32,000 nucleotides of DNA, taken from the NCBI RefSeq assembly GCF_002787055.1, contig NZ_CP024808.1, forward strand, positions 490,328 through 522,327, given 5' to 3'. Shown piece by piece: positions 9,601-16,196 of the stretch (within the stretch, counting starts at the first letter, position 1; every line of letters begins with the position of its first letter). The notes under the pieces are model-generated. The model saw only the letters and a program-made list of their open reading frames with translations. It was not told where the DNA came from and made no database searches. This DNA is from Candidatus Nitrosotenuis aquarius (GTDB lineage Archaea; Thermoproteota; Nitrososphaeria; Nitrososphaerales; Nitrosopumilaceae). Both the position numbers and the translations under genes were made by a program.

Positions 9601-10787
9601 GCACCGAATGGATCTCCGTCTGGATCAGAGTCGTTTGCCAGAATTCCAGGAGGTCCAACTACAAGTGTGGCGCCTTCCGCCATCATATAATCGTCATCTG
9701 TTGCCACTGGAATGTCGTTTACAGATGTTATCGTAACAGATACGGTCGTAGTGTCCGCATCCAAATCCGCATCAGTTATCGTATAGGTGTACGAGTCAAA
9801 GCCGTTTTGGTCTGGGTTTGGAATATAGGTTATGGTGTTATCTGGGTTTACTGTCGTAGTGCCCTTGGCTCCATGTGTTGAAGAGATTGTAAATGGAGCA
9901 TTACCTGTGCTAATGTCATTTGCAAGAACATTGGTTGCGATTGACATGTCTTCGTTTGTGGTTACAAAGTCATCTATCGCATTGGGAAGAATATCGGCCG
10001 AGTCATCATTTAGTATTGTTCCTCTTCCTTGAGGGTCATTAAAGGCCGCATTTACTGGTGCAAAAAGATTAACAAAAAAGAACTCATTTGGCTCAAACGT
10101 CGTATCCCCGTTTATTACCACAGAAGCAACAGTGTTGAGCTGCCCTGCAGGAATGGTAACTAGGCCAGAAGACATGGCATAGTCATTATCAGATACAGTG
10201 GCTGAATCATCTGCAGTGACATAGTTTACAGTTACTGGCAACGTGTGTGTGGCAGTAAGCGATATAGTAAATTGCGCAGTACTTGTGCCAGAGTTTCCTT
10301 CTGCTACTGCAACATCGTTTATGAGTATTCTTGGGATTCCATCATCGTTTAAAATCGTGCCGGTCCCATCTTCATTTGCGCTAGGCAGGTTTGCACCCAT
10401 CGCATTTGAAAGCCGCACCAAGAATACTTCATTTGGCTCAATACCAGTATCGCCTTTAACGACTATTGTTATTGTTTTTGCAGATTCACCTACTGCAAAC
10501 GAAACAATTCCATTTTGTTGTACATAGTCAGACCCAGAAGACGCAGTTATCTCAACAGTAGCAAAATTAGCAGAGACAGGTGTAAGTGGAGGTGAGGAAA
10601 GAGACACCGTAAATACAAAGTTAGTGTTTCCAGCATCGCCTTCAAACGCGGTAACATCATTGATGTCCATTGTTGGAAGGACTTGTGCGAATGCTTCTTG
10701 TATCAAAAACCCAGAAACAACCGTTCCTGTCAACAATATTACAGAAAGAAAAAGACTAGTCAGCAATGCATAGTCAAATCGCATCAT
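6660..10787 (-). CDS. giant secreted Ca2+-binding adhesin-like protein (signal peptide, 2 Calx-beta, 9 cadherin-like ~95-aa repeats, 22 RTX nonapeptides, acidic tail)
   Basis: 1375 aa. The N-terminal hydrophobic signal ends in AFAQ. Two Calx-beta-like units follow (..FATVEITASSGSDYVQQNGIVSFAVGESAKTITIVVKGDTGIEPNEVFLV.. and ..VNYVTADDSATVSDNDYAMSSGLVTIPAGQLNTVASVVINGDTTFEPNEFFFV..). Nine repeats then start with VND.P.A..D and end with Y.P.PNYFG.DSFTY...DG. The C-terminal block is an uninterrupted array of 22 GG.G.D..x nonapeptides. The tail is DDSEEHRHDDYEGENEEPES. Confidence 0.9.
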   Translation of the reverse strand: MMRFDYALLTSLFLSVILLTGTVVSGFLIQEAFAQVLPTMDINDVTAFEGDAGNTNFVFTVSLSSPPLTPVSANFATVEITASSGSDYVQQNGIVSFAVGESAKTITIVVKGDTGIEPNEVFLVRLSNAMGANLPSANEDGTGTILNDDGIPRILINDVAVAEGNSGTSTAQFTISLTATHTLPVTVNYVTADDSATVSDNDYAMSSGLVTIPAGQLNTVASVVINGDTTFEPNEFFFVNLFAPVNAAFNDPQGRGTILNDDSADILPNAIDDFVTTNEDMSIATNVLANDISTGNAPFTISSTHGAKGTTTVNPDNTITYIPNPDQNGFDSYTYTITDADLDADTTTVSVTITSVNDIPVATDDDYMMAEGATLVVGPPGILANDSDPDGDPFGALLVDDVSNGTLLLETTGNFAYTPDPNFDGVDTFTYRAYDDFSESDIVTVTITVTPVNDIPSANSDDMATSEDTAVTITLTGSDLDGDSLTFSVVAGPTHGTLGPITTITPTSSITSYTPNPNYFGPDSFTFVANDGTADSSVATVSITVNPVNDSPIANADTASIMEDSLPVAIDVLANDVDVDLLDVKTLVSVTQGATGGVAISGNSVLYSPAPNFAGTDTFTYVMQDSAGAQSGATVTVFVGAENDAPIATNDIYSIDEDGILVVPGVLANDSDVDSPVLTATLVMTPSHGILTLNPDGSFTYAPNPNYFGSDSFTYQANDGSLNSNIATVSITVNPLNDDPTAGDDSTTVLEDSSPTPIVVLTNDADIDGDNLTIVSVTDPANGIASTDGTTISYAPDLDYFGSDQFAYTISDGNGGFVTATVSVIVTPVNDLPTAGDDALITNEDTAETINVLVNDTDEEGSMTISSVDTPSHGTAMLSSPDSITYTPDLDYFGSDSFTYTIVDSEGAPATATVSVTILSVNDVPTAMPDAYSTDEDQALVVAIPGVLGNDLDVETTTLTAILVDNTLHGTLALSTDGSFTYTPNPNYFGSDSFTYRASDGEDTSNTTTVTITINSINDLPVAADDTATTQHNTPVTIPVLDNDSDIEGVLSILSVASPTSGTASVNSDNTITYLPSPGFFGTDSFLYTITDGVDADSATITITVTESATLFCGLPESSYNIIDGSSGNDNLSGTNGADLIRGYGGDDKIKGKNGNDCLIGGDGADKIWGGDGNDTMYGDAGADKLYGDKGDDIIYGGDGNDRLWGGKDDDDLYGEIGYDKIQGGDGNDSLDGGDQNDKIFGGKGNDAIDAGDGNDEVHANQGDDTISGGPGNDWLGAGKGNDVINAGDGNDKLFGRDGNDTLNGQGHDDQIHGGPGNDTMDGGETPNPVTDNDRCLGGPGTNSIVNCEVTRGGSDDSEEHRHDDYEGENEEPES
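6822..7415 (-). repeat. 22 tandem RTX (haemolysin-type Ca2+-binding) nonapeptide repeats, intragenic
   Basis: GSSGNDNLS GTNGADLIR GYGGDDKIK ... GGPGNDTMD, read directly from the translation with 27-nt periodicity. Confidence 0.85.
7465..9995 (-). repeat. 9 tandem cadherin-like (~93-96 aa, ~285 nt) repeats, intragenic
   Basis: The repeats show protein-level periodicity plus near-identical DNA blocks. 7801-7861 matches 8644-8704 at 59 of 61 positions, and a 28-nt exact repeat tctgatccgaaataatctaaatctgggg begins at 8101 and again at about 8377. Confidence 0.85.
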
Positions 10788-10911
10788 AAAACCAAGGCCT
10801 CACAGAGTATGATAGTCCTATTCCTCATTGGCACAAAAAACACTCTTTCTTATTTAAAGGATCATTTGTTCATTTGAGGCTGCACTACCCACACATCATA
10901 AAACAAGCTAC

Positions 10912-12066
10912 ATGTTGTTATTCCCAAAAAAAGATAGAGGTGTTATATTACCAATATTTGTTAAAACATTATTGGCAATAAAACGATCAGAGATATCAAA
11001 GATAATTCAGAATTATTCTGACTTTAGAATCGGCGTTTTGGGTAGCCACTCAGCCCTTGAGATAATGGATGGTGCAAAAGACGAGGGAATTTCTACTGTC
11101 GTAATATGCCAAAAGGGCAGAGACATTCCATATAGAAGATTCAAGAGAATTGCAGACGAAATCATTGTTGTGGATAAATTCTCAGACATGGCATCGCCTA
11201 AAATGCAAAAAATGTTCCTAGACACCAATACCATAATAGTTCCACACAGAGCGCTGACTGCTTATCTTGGATATGATACCATAGAGAAAAAATTCAGAGT
11301 CCCGATGTTTGGCAACAGAACACTATTCCAGGCAGAGGAGAGAAGTTTTTCCAAAAACCAGTACTATCTTTTGGAAAAATCAAAGATAAGGCTGCCCAAG
11401 ATTTTCCGCGATCCCAAAAAAATAGACAGGCCTGTAATAGTCAAAGTACAGGAAAAGAAAAGAAAGCTAGAGCGCGCATTTTTTACTGCATCAAACTACA
11501 AGGATTTCCTGACAAAGTCCCAAGATAGAATCAAAAAGGGAATCATCGATTCCAAGGACCTCAAAAAGGCAAGCATTGAAGAATTGGTTTTAGGAACATA
11601 CATGAATTTCAATTATTTCCACACGCCAATCTCCGACCAAGTCGATTTTATCGGAATAGAGCGAAGACTGCAAACCAACATACATGACTATAATGCGCTT
11701 CCGGCAAAACAACAATTAGACATCAATGTAGACACACAAAACATCGAAGTTGGACACACACCTGCCAGCATTCGAGAGTCACTATTAGAAAAAGTAATAG
11801 AAATGGGCGACAAGTTTGTTGCAGGCGTAAAAAAGGTCTACCCGCCCGGAATAATAGGTCCGTTCTCCCTCCAGTCAGTAATTACCAAGGATTTAGAGAT
11901 GGTAGTGTATGATGTGTCATTACGTGTGCCAGGCAACCCAATTGTAGCTACCACCTCACCATACACAAAATACCAGTACGGTGAGACCTTTGGAGTAGGA
12001 CGAAGAATTGCAATGGAGATAAAGCGAGCCCACCAAGAAGGAAGGCTAGCCGAAGTCCTAACCTAG
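10912..12066 (+). CDS. purP: 5-formaminoimidazole-4-carboxamide ribonucleotide (FAICAR) synthetase PurP, archaeal ATP-grasp enzyme
   Basis: 384 aa with IGVLGSHSALEIMDGAKDEGISTVVIC near the N-terminus and an ATP-grasp-like C-terminal half, typical of archaeal PurP. The start is uncertain: the ATG at 10912 gives about 25 extra N-terminal residues relative to my recollection of PurP N-termini. Confidence 0.88.
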   Translation: MLLFPKKDRGVILPIFVKTLLAIKRSEISKIIQNYSDFRIGVLGSHSALEIMDGAKDEGISTVVICQKGRDIPYRRFKRIADEIIVVDKFSDMASPKMQKMFLDTNTIIVPHRALTAYLGYDTIEKKFRVPMFGNRTLFQAEERSFSKNQYYLLEKSKIRLPKIFRDPKKIDRPVIVKVQEKKRKLERAFFTASNYKDFLTKSQDRIKKGIIDSKDLKKASIEELVLGTYMNFNYFHTPISDQVDFIGIERRLQTNIHDYNALPAKQQLDINVDTQNIEVGHTPASIRESLLEKVIEMGDKFVAGVKKVYPPGIIGPFSLQSVITKDLEMVVYDVSLRVPGNPIVATTSPYTKYQYGETFGVGRRIAMEIKRAHQEGRLAEVLT

Positions 12067-12072
12067 ATCATT

Positions 12073-12324
12073 TTATTTGTAAATTTTGCTCCTATGATCA
12101 AGGTCAACAACAAAAATAATCAACATATTTTGTCTTAGATCCATGATGACTCTATAATCTCCCACTCTTAATCTGTAAAATGGGGAATTAGTCAGTCGGA
12201 TTACAAATCGGAATGGGTTTTCACTACAATCCATTACATAATTGTAGATTCTCTGTGAGATTTTTGTATCTAGTTTTTTTAACTGTTTTAGTGACTCATC
12301 AGACCAAACAACATTCCATGTCAT
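12073..12324 (-). CDS. relE: RelE/ParE-family type II toxin (mRNA interferase)
   Basis: 83 aa. MTWNVVWSDESLKQLKKLDTKISQRIYNYVMDCSENPF....L.....YRLRVGDYRVIMDL......IFVVDLDHRSKIY is the classic RelE/ParE pattern. The ATG sits 1 nt after the antitoxin stop. Confidence 0.85.
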   Translation of the reverse strand: MTWNVVWSDESLKQLKKLDTKISQRIYNYVMDCSENPFRFVIRLTNSPFYRLRVGDYRVIMDLRQNMLIIFVVDLDHRSKIYK

Positions 12325-12325
12325 C

Positions 12326-12559
12326 CTAACGTAAGCCTAATCTCTTTTTGACTTGCTCCGAGGTATGTACTCGTCCAGCTTTGATATCTGCAATTCCTCT
12401 TTCTATGCTTCGGATCGTTTCTTTACTTAGATAGTCATCCTCTTTGCTGTTTAAGAGTAACCTCTCAATTACGGATTCGTATGTTTCTCCAGAATGGTGC
12501 ATTTGTTTTTTTAGCTCGTTTTTTATTTTTTTAGATAGACGAATCGTACTTTGTTCCAT
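12326..12559 (-). CDS. putative antitoxin (RHH/CopG-like N-terminus), partner of RelE
   Basis: I prefer the ATG at 12559 (MEQSTIRLSKKIKNELKK..., 77 aa) over the 97-aa longest ORF. It has a beta-strand-helix-helix-like N-terminus, and its tail ETIRSIERGIADIKAGRVHTSEQVKKRLGL resembles RelB/ParD-type antitoxin C-termini. It is translationally coupled to the toxin. Confidence 0.7.
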   Translation of the reverse strand: MEQSTIRLSKKIKNELKKQMHHSGETYESVIERLLLNSKEDDYLSKETIRSIERGIADIKAGRVHTSEQVKKRLGLR

Positions 12560-12576
12560 ATTATACACCATTATAC
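12560..12576 (-). promoter_or_regulatory. tandem 7-nt direct repeat (ATTATAC-acc-ATTATAC) abutting the antitoxin ATG; candidate operator
   Basis: The copies at 12560-12566 and 12570-12576 are exact and 10 nt apart, which is one helical turn. They lie immediately upstream of the start codon of an RHH-type gene. Confidence 0.35.
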
Positions 12577-12634
12577 TTGTGCATACAGAAATATAAGAAT
12601 TGTCATAGATTAAGCACAAAAAACGGTGGAAAAT

Positions 12635-13066
12635 CTAGCTCAGATTCTCCATTTTGTCTTTGAGTAGTGTTTTTCTGACCAGTATTGGTATGTTGTAAAA
12701 GGCAGCCAGGGCAACTGCATCTGATGCGCGGTAATTTCTCAAAACAATGTCTTTTTTGCCTGTAAAGTACAAATTTGCCCGCAATACAGTGCCGCTCTCA
12801 TAGACTTTGACTTTGACTAGCAACATTTCATTTTCCTCGCAAATCTCTTCAATCATGTTGTAGATTGTTGGTAGTGTGTCGCGTCGTCCTTCCAAAAACG
12901 ACTTGATGTGCCTGGCTACTTCGCCGGAAAACGCCCTCATGTGAAATTCCTTTTTGTCATCGGATTGCAGTATTATGATGCCCTCCATTGCATATGGATC
13001 AATAAAGCCAACATGTGTAATTTTTGCGGTGGAATAATCGGGCTCTTGTTTTTGTGAGATATCCAA
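12635..13066 (-). CDS. bifunctional nuclease family protein (DUF151/BFN)
   Basis: 143 aa. ...IIILQSDDKKEFHMRAFSGEVARHI......LPTIYNMIEEI....MLLVKVKVYESGTVLRANLYF........LRNYRASDAVALAAFYNIPILV follows the DUF151 pattern, including the R(P/A)SDA(I/V)ALA motif. Confidence 0.78.
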   Translation of the reverse strand: MDISQKQEPDYSTAKITHVGFIDPYAMEGIIILQSDDKKEFHMRAFSGEVARHIKSFLEGRRDTLPTIYNMIEEICEENEMLLVKVKVYESGTVLRANLYFTGKKDIVLRNYRASDAVALAAFYNIPILVRKTLLKDKMENLS

Positions 13067-13145
13067 CTGGTATCACTATGGATTGGTTTCTATTAAAGAA
13101 TCACATGATCGTATGGATAACTTATCAGTCCTACGCGGCTCTTAA

Positions 13146-13337
13146 ATGCAAAATCCACTAAATGGTATCATGCAAATAGACATACCACTACCATGTCCGG
13201 CATGTGGCGGAAAAATGTATTCAGTTGGTTATGACACGCCGCTGAAGATCCTAAAACCCAGAACTTGGCAAGTCTGCAAAAGCTGCAAGTTCTCGCGCAG
13301 TGTAGAAGACTTCAAAAAATCGCTCTGCTGTGCATAG
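13146..13337 (+). CDS. small zinc-ribbon protein
   Basis: 63 aa with two Cys pairs, CPACGGKMY ... CKSCKF, plus a terminal CC. It is followed by a T-rich tract. Confidence 0.5.
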   Translation: MQNPLNGIMQIDIPLPCPACGGKMYSVGYDTPLKILKPRTWQVCKSCKFSRSVEDFKKSLCCA

Positions 13338-13343
13338 CGGTGG

Positions 13344-13369
13344 TTTTGGTCTTTTTCTTTTATTTTTTC
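13344..13369 (+). terminator. oligo-T tract, possible archaeal terminator
   Basis: ttttggtctttttcttttatttttt lies directly after the zinc-ribbon stop. Archaeal RNA polymerase terminates at T-runs. Confidence 0.4.
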
Positions 13370-13410
13370 AGAGATAGGGTTAAGTTTGGTTTTATTTGAG
13401 CCAAGCCTAA

Positions 13411-14208
13411 ATGGCTAAAGACGGCAGAACATTAATCACATTAGGATTTGTGGCAATTGCGATTTTGTTTTTAATTTATGCAAGGCTTGGCAATTCCGAG
13501 ATAACTCCTGCTGCACTATCATCAATAGAAAGACTGGGAGTTGCGTTTTATGGAATGATGATTCTGGCGCTAGGTGCAATAGCGTACGGGTTTTACCAGT
13601 ATCACAAGTACAAAGTAGGAAAAAACCAGGACGATCCGTTTTCTATTATAGCCCAAGTAACATGGAATTCCAAGTCGCGCAGAATTTTTGCTGCAACGTC
13701 AATAGGATACGGAGTGTTTTTTGCCCTAACTTCTGGAATCTTGGTGTACCAGCCCGACGTTACTTTTTCATATCATTATAACGTGCAGATCCCGTCTGCG
13801 CAGATTGCTCCATGTTGCGGAGAAATCGGCTATGTGCCAAAAGTTTTGATATATCTGACAGACCATGTCGGAATGCAAATTATCCCAATTAATCTTATTT
13901 TGCAGATTGCGGTGTCTTATCTGGTAGGCCTAAACGCGGCAATTGCAGTAAACGCGTTTTCAATTCTACGCAAAGGTGCAGGTATGGGAAGTGTTGCAGC
14001 GGCCACGGGCTTGTTTGTTGCCTGTCCCACATGCGCAGGAACGTTCATCTCATTGTTTGTATCAGCATCCAGTGCTCTTGCATTTACCATAGCCATAACA
14101 CAACTTCAGACAATATTCATCGCAATATCGATTCCATTACTAGTGGTGACACCAATCATAATGGCAAAGAAGATAAGGTCGAGTGGCTGGAGCTGCAAAA
14201 TCAACTAG
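13411..14208 (+). CDS. integral membrane protein with intramembrane Cys motifs (PCCGE, ACPTCAG)
   Basis: 265 aa with about 6 hydrophobic helices. A CC pair sits in a loop (QIAPCCGEIGY) and a CPxC sits inside a predicted helix (GLFVACPTCAGTFISLF). I recognise no family. Confidence 0.75.
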   Translation: MAKDGRTLITLGFVAIAILFLIYARLGNSEITPAALSSIERLGVAFYGMMILALGAIAYGFYQYHKYKVGKNQDDPFSIIAQVTWNSKSRRIFAATSIGYGVFFALTSGILVYQPDVTFSYHYNVQIPSAQIAPCCGEIGYVPKVLIYLTDHVGMQIIPINLILQIAVSYLVGLNAAIAVNAFSILRKGAGMGSVAAATGLFVACPTCAGTFISLFVSASSALAFTIAITQLQTIFIAISIPLLVVTPIIMAKKIRSSGWSCKIN

Positions 14209-14449
14209 GCTTTACTTCTGGGACTTTCCAGTTGCCAATGTCGTATCCGTCACGTCGCAAATACTTTAACGTAAGCTTGTAGATGAGCTCATCATGGTCT
14301 ACCTTTTCTAGTACTTCAGACCAGAGAACCTTTCCGTTCGCTGCAATCATTTTCTTAAAGTCCGGGTTTAGCGCCTCTGCTATTTGCCTGCACTGATCAA
14401 ATGTTTTTCCGTTTCTATATGCACGGACTCGCCTGTCGCAGCTGTTCAT
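14201..14449 (-). CDS. hypothetical protein (82 aa)
   Basis: Clean ORF with a basic helical N-terminal half. It overlaps the convergent membrane gene by 8 nt. No motif recognised. Confidence 0.5.
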   Translation of the reverse strand: MNSCDRRVRAYRNGKTFDQCRQIAEALNPDFKKMIAANGKVLWSEVLEKVDHDELIYKLTLKYLRRDGYDIGNWKVPEVKPS

Positions 14450-14475
14450 GGTATAGATTCAATATAGTAAAATAA

Positions 14476-14643
14476 TTACTTGTCTTGTCTGGCCTTGTCT
14501 TTGCCTTTTTCGGCTGCTTCCTTTCCCGCATCGTATGCTTTAGTGCCAAGCTCGGCGCCCTTTTCAATTCCTTTTTTGCCAAGCTCGCTTCCCTTTTCCA
14601 CCCCTTTTTCAGCTACGCCCTTGAGTTTTTTTAGAAACCCCAT
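14476..14643 (-). CDS. small Gly/Lys-rich repeat protein, CsbD/LEA-like (55 aa; below the ORF-track cutoff)
   Basis: My own translation is MGFLKKLKGVAEKGVEKGSELGKKGIEKGAELGTKAYDAGKEAAEKGKDKARQDK. It has EKGxELGxK repeats that are also visible as a DNA repeat (tgccaagctcg twice). ATATTTTTTAAGG lies about 30 nt upstream of the ATG on the minus strand. Confidence 0.45.
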   Translation of the reverse strand: MGFLKKLKGVAEKGVEKGSELGKKGIEKGAELGTKAYDAGKEAAEKGKDKARQDK

Positions 14644-14678
14644 GGTTACGGTTTAGATGCTAAACCTTAAAAAATATT

Positions 14679-14951
14679 CTAAAACTGCTTTAGCTTTTCC
14701 ACTATGATTTTGAAGATTTCGTTATTGTCAATTAGTATGCACGGCAGGTTGTTTTCTGCGCAGGCCTGGCCGCTTTCCGTGTCCCGGGTAATCAGAATCA
14801 TGCCGTTTTCCTTGGCGTAATTTATCACGGAATAGTCGGTGCGGAGATTTTTTCCTTCGGTTATCAGCTTTTTGACTGAGTATGCGTCATATCCTAGACT
14901 ACGAAGTTTTTCATCCCAGCCATCATCCATTTCATCCACTAGAATCTTCAT
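14679..14951 (-). CDS. Mut7-C / DUF5615-like PIN-fold protein (putative RNase toxin-like)
   Basis: MKILVDEMDDGWDEKLRSLGYDAYSV....TDYSVINYAKENGMILITRDTE follows the Mut7-C N-terminal PIN-like pattern (ilvD.mlg.la..LR.lGyD........D..ii..A..e.RilLTrD). The ORF track starts at a TTG at 14960, but I prefer the ATG at 14951. Confidence 0.55.
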   Translation of the reverse strand: MKILVDEMDDGWDEKLRSLGYDAYSVKKLITEGKNLRTDYSVINYAKENGMILITRDTESGQACAENNLPCILIDNNEIFKIIVEKLKQF

Positions 14952-14984
14952 TGTAACCAAATTCTAAAATTTCATATAATAATA

Positions 14985-15074
14985 TTAGTCAAGCAGGTAG
15001 CCGATTATCAAAGGTATAAACACAGACAGTGCAACTATGGCACCCATAATCGAGACGACATGTTGCGACTCCAT
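14985..15074 (-). CDS. possible 29-aa hydrophobic micro-protein
   Basis: My own translation is MESQHVVSIMGAIVALSVFIPLIIGYLLD, a single TM-like helix. It is the only ORF in the gap upstream of the Mut7-C-like gene. There is no supporting signal beyond the ORF and its hydrophobicity. Confidence 0.25.
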   Translation of the reverse strand: MESQHVVSIMGAIVALSVFIPLIIGYLLD

Positions 15075-15127
15075 GGTATAATGTTACACAGACAGATAGT
15101 AAGATTTGGTGTGTGCAAAACAAACAA

Positions 15128-15508
15128 CTAGAGGTGTGCAGTTATTTTTTTGACTTTATTTACCAGCGCCATCTTTTTTGTTGCGTTAACCTCAGGCTCT
15201 AGTGTAAAGTAGACTGTTTTTCTTTTTGGATAGATCACCATCTGGGTTACCTTTTCGCGCTCTACTTGGACGTATCTTACCTTTCCTAGGGACTTGTTGA
15301 ATTGCTGTCGCATTTTGCGCCTCTGTGCCACTTGCTTGCAAAAATGCTCCTCTTCTTTTTGGGATTTTAGAGAGGTCTTGCCTTTTTTCATTATTGATTC
15401 TAGAATGTTTCCTTTTAGATCTATTATAGCTGCAAACCTCATAGTAGAGTCCAAGCTGATGATATCCTCAACTATTTCCATTAATGTTGCTCGCTTGTAG
15501 ACGTTCAA
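15128..15508 (-). CDS. hypothetical protein, possibly Roadblock/LC7-like
   Basis: 126 aa. The pattern LDSTMRFAAIIDLKGNILESIM ... VTQMVIYPKRKTVYFTLEP resembles alpha-beta-alpha sandwich regulatory domains. The start is a TTG at 15508 (TATA CAATTATATTT about 28 nt upstream) or an ATG at 15481. Confidence 0.55.
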   Translation of the reverse strand: MNVYKRATLMEIVEDIISLDSTMRFAAIIDLKGNILESIMKKGKTSLKSQKEEEHFCKQVAQRRKMRQQFNKSLGKVRYVQVEREKVTQMVIYPKRKTVYFTLEPEVNATKKMALVNKVKKITAHL

Positions 15509-15590
15509 TTTTCTGTGGCTAAAGTTTGGCCAAATATAATTGAATTAACAGATTTCAAAAATTATTATCCAATAATATTTTAGTAAAGAT

Positions 15591-16196
15591 ATGAACCAGA
15601 TCAGATCGGTACTTGCAAGACTGGAAAGACAATCGCTTTTAGAAAAGGCAAGAAAAGTAGACGTAGTATCTGAGAGGCGAATGCTTGCGATTACCCCAGA
15701 GACTGCTAGATTTTACCACAGATTACTGAGAGGGATTGGGGCAAAAAAGATCCTCGAGCTTGGGACATCATCAGGATATTCTGCATTATGGTTTGCAGAT
15801 GCAATTATGCAAAATGCCAATCCTAAAATCATCACAATAGAGGGCAATCCAACCAAGATAGAAATGGCAAGGGCAAATTTTGAGGCTGCCGGGGTTTCCC
15901 ACATTATCCAAATCAGGCAGGGCCAAATCCTAGACATATTGCAAAAAATGCCAAAAAAGCCAACGTTTGACTTTGTGTTAATTGATGCAGACAAGGAAAA
16001 TGTCACAGAATACTTTGATCTAGTGCTGTCAATGACAAGAATAGGTGGAATCATTGCAACAGACAACGTCTTGCTGCCAAGAAAATATCAAAAATTCATG
16101 CGCAAATATACAAATCACATAAGACAAAACAGGCATGTCGTCACAGGCACAATACCACTAGGGTACGGCCAGGAAATCACTATTCGAATTAGCTAG
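15591..16196 (+). CDS. class I SAM-dependent O-methyltransferase (caffeoyl-CoA OMT-like, Methyltransf_3 type)
   Basis: 201 aa with ILELGTSSGYSALWFADA (SAM motif I), IITIEGNP...A..NF..AGV, FDFVLIDADKENVTEYFD and GGIIATDNVL. Confidence 0.85.
   Translation: MNQIRSVLARLERQSLLEKARKVDVVSERRMLAITPETARFYHRLLRGIGAKKILELGTSSGYSALWFADAIMQNANPKIITIEGNPTKIEMARANFEAAGVSHIIQIRQGQILDILQKMPKKPTFDFVLIDADKENVTEYFDLVLSMTRIGGIIATDNVLLPRKYQKFMRKYTNHIRQNRHVVTGTIPLGYGQEITIRIS

Noticed and set aside
7207-10527. Series of plus-strand ORFs of 63-206 aa (7207-7827, 8128-8376, 8419-8670, 8833-9234, 9247-9690, 9832-10032, 10243-10527)
   Set aside because: They are antisense shadows of the giant repeat gene. Their open frames come from stop-poor D/T/G/N/V-rich repeat codons on the sense strand. 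Their periodic similarity simply mirrors the sense-strand repeats.
15713-16066. 117-aa minus-strand ORF inside the O-methyltransferase gene
   Set aside because: It is a shadow of a gene with clear SAM-binding motifs on the plus strand.
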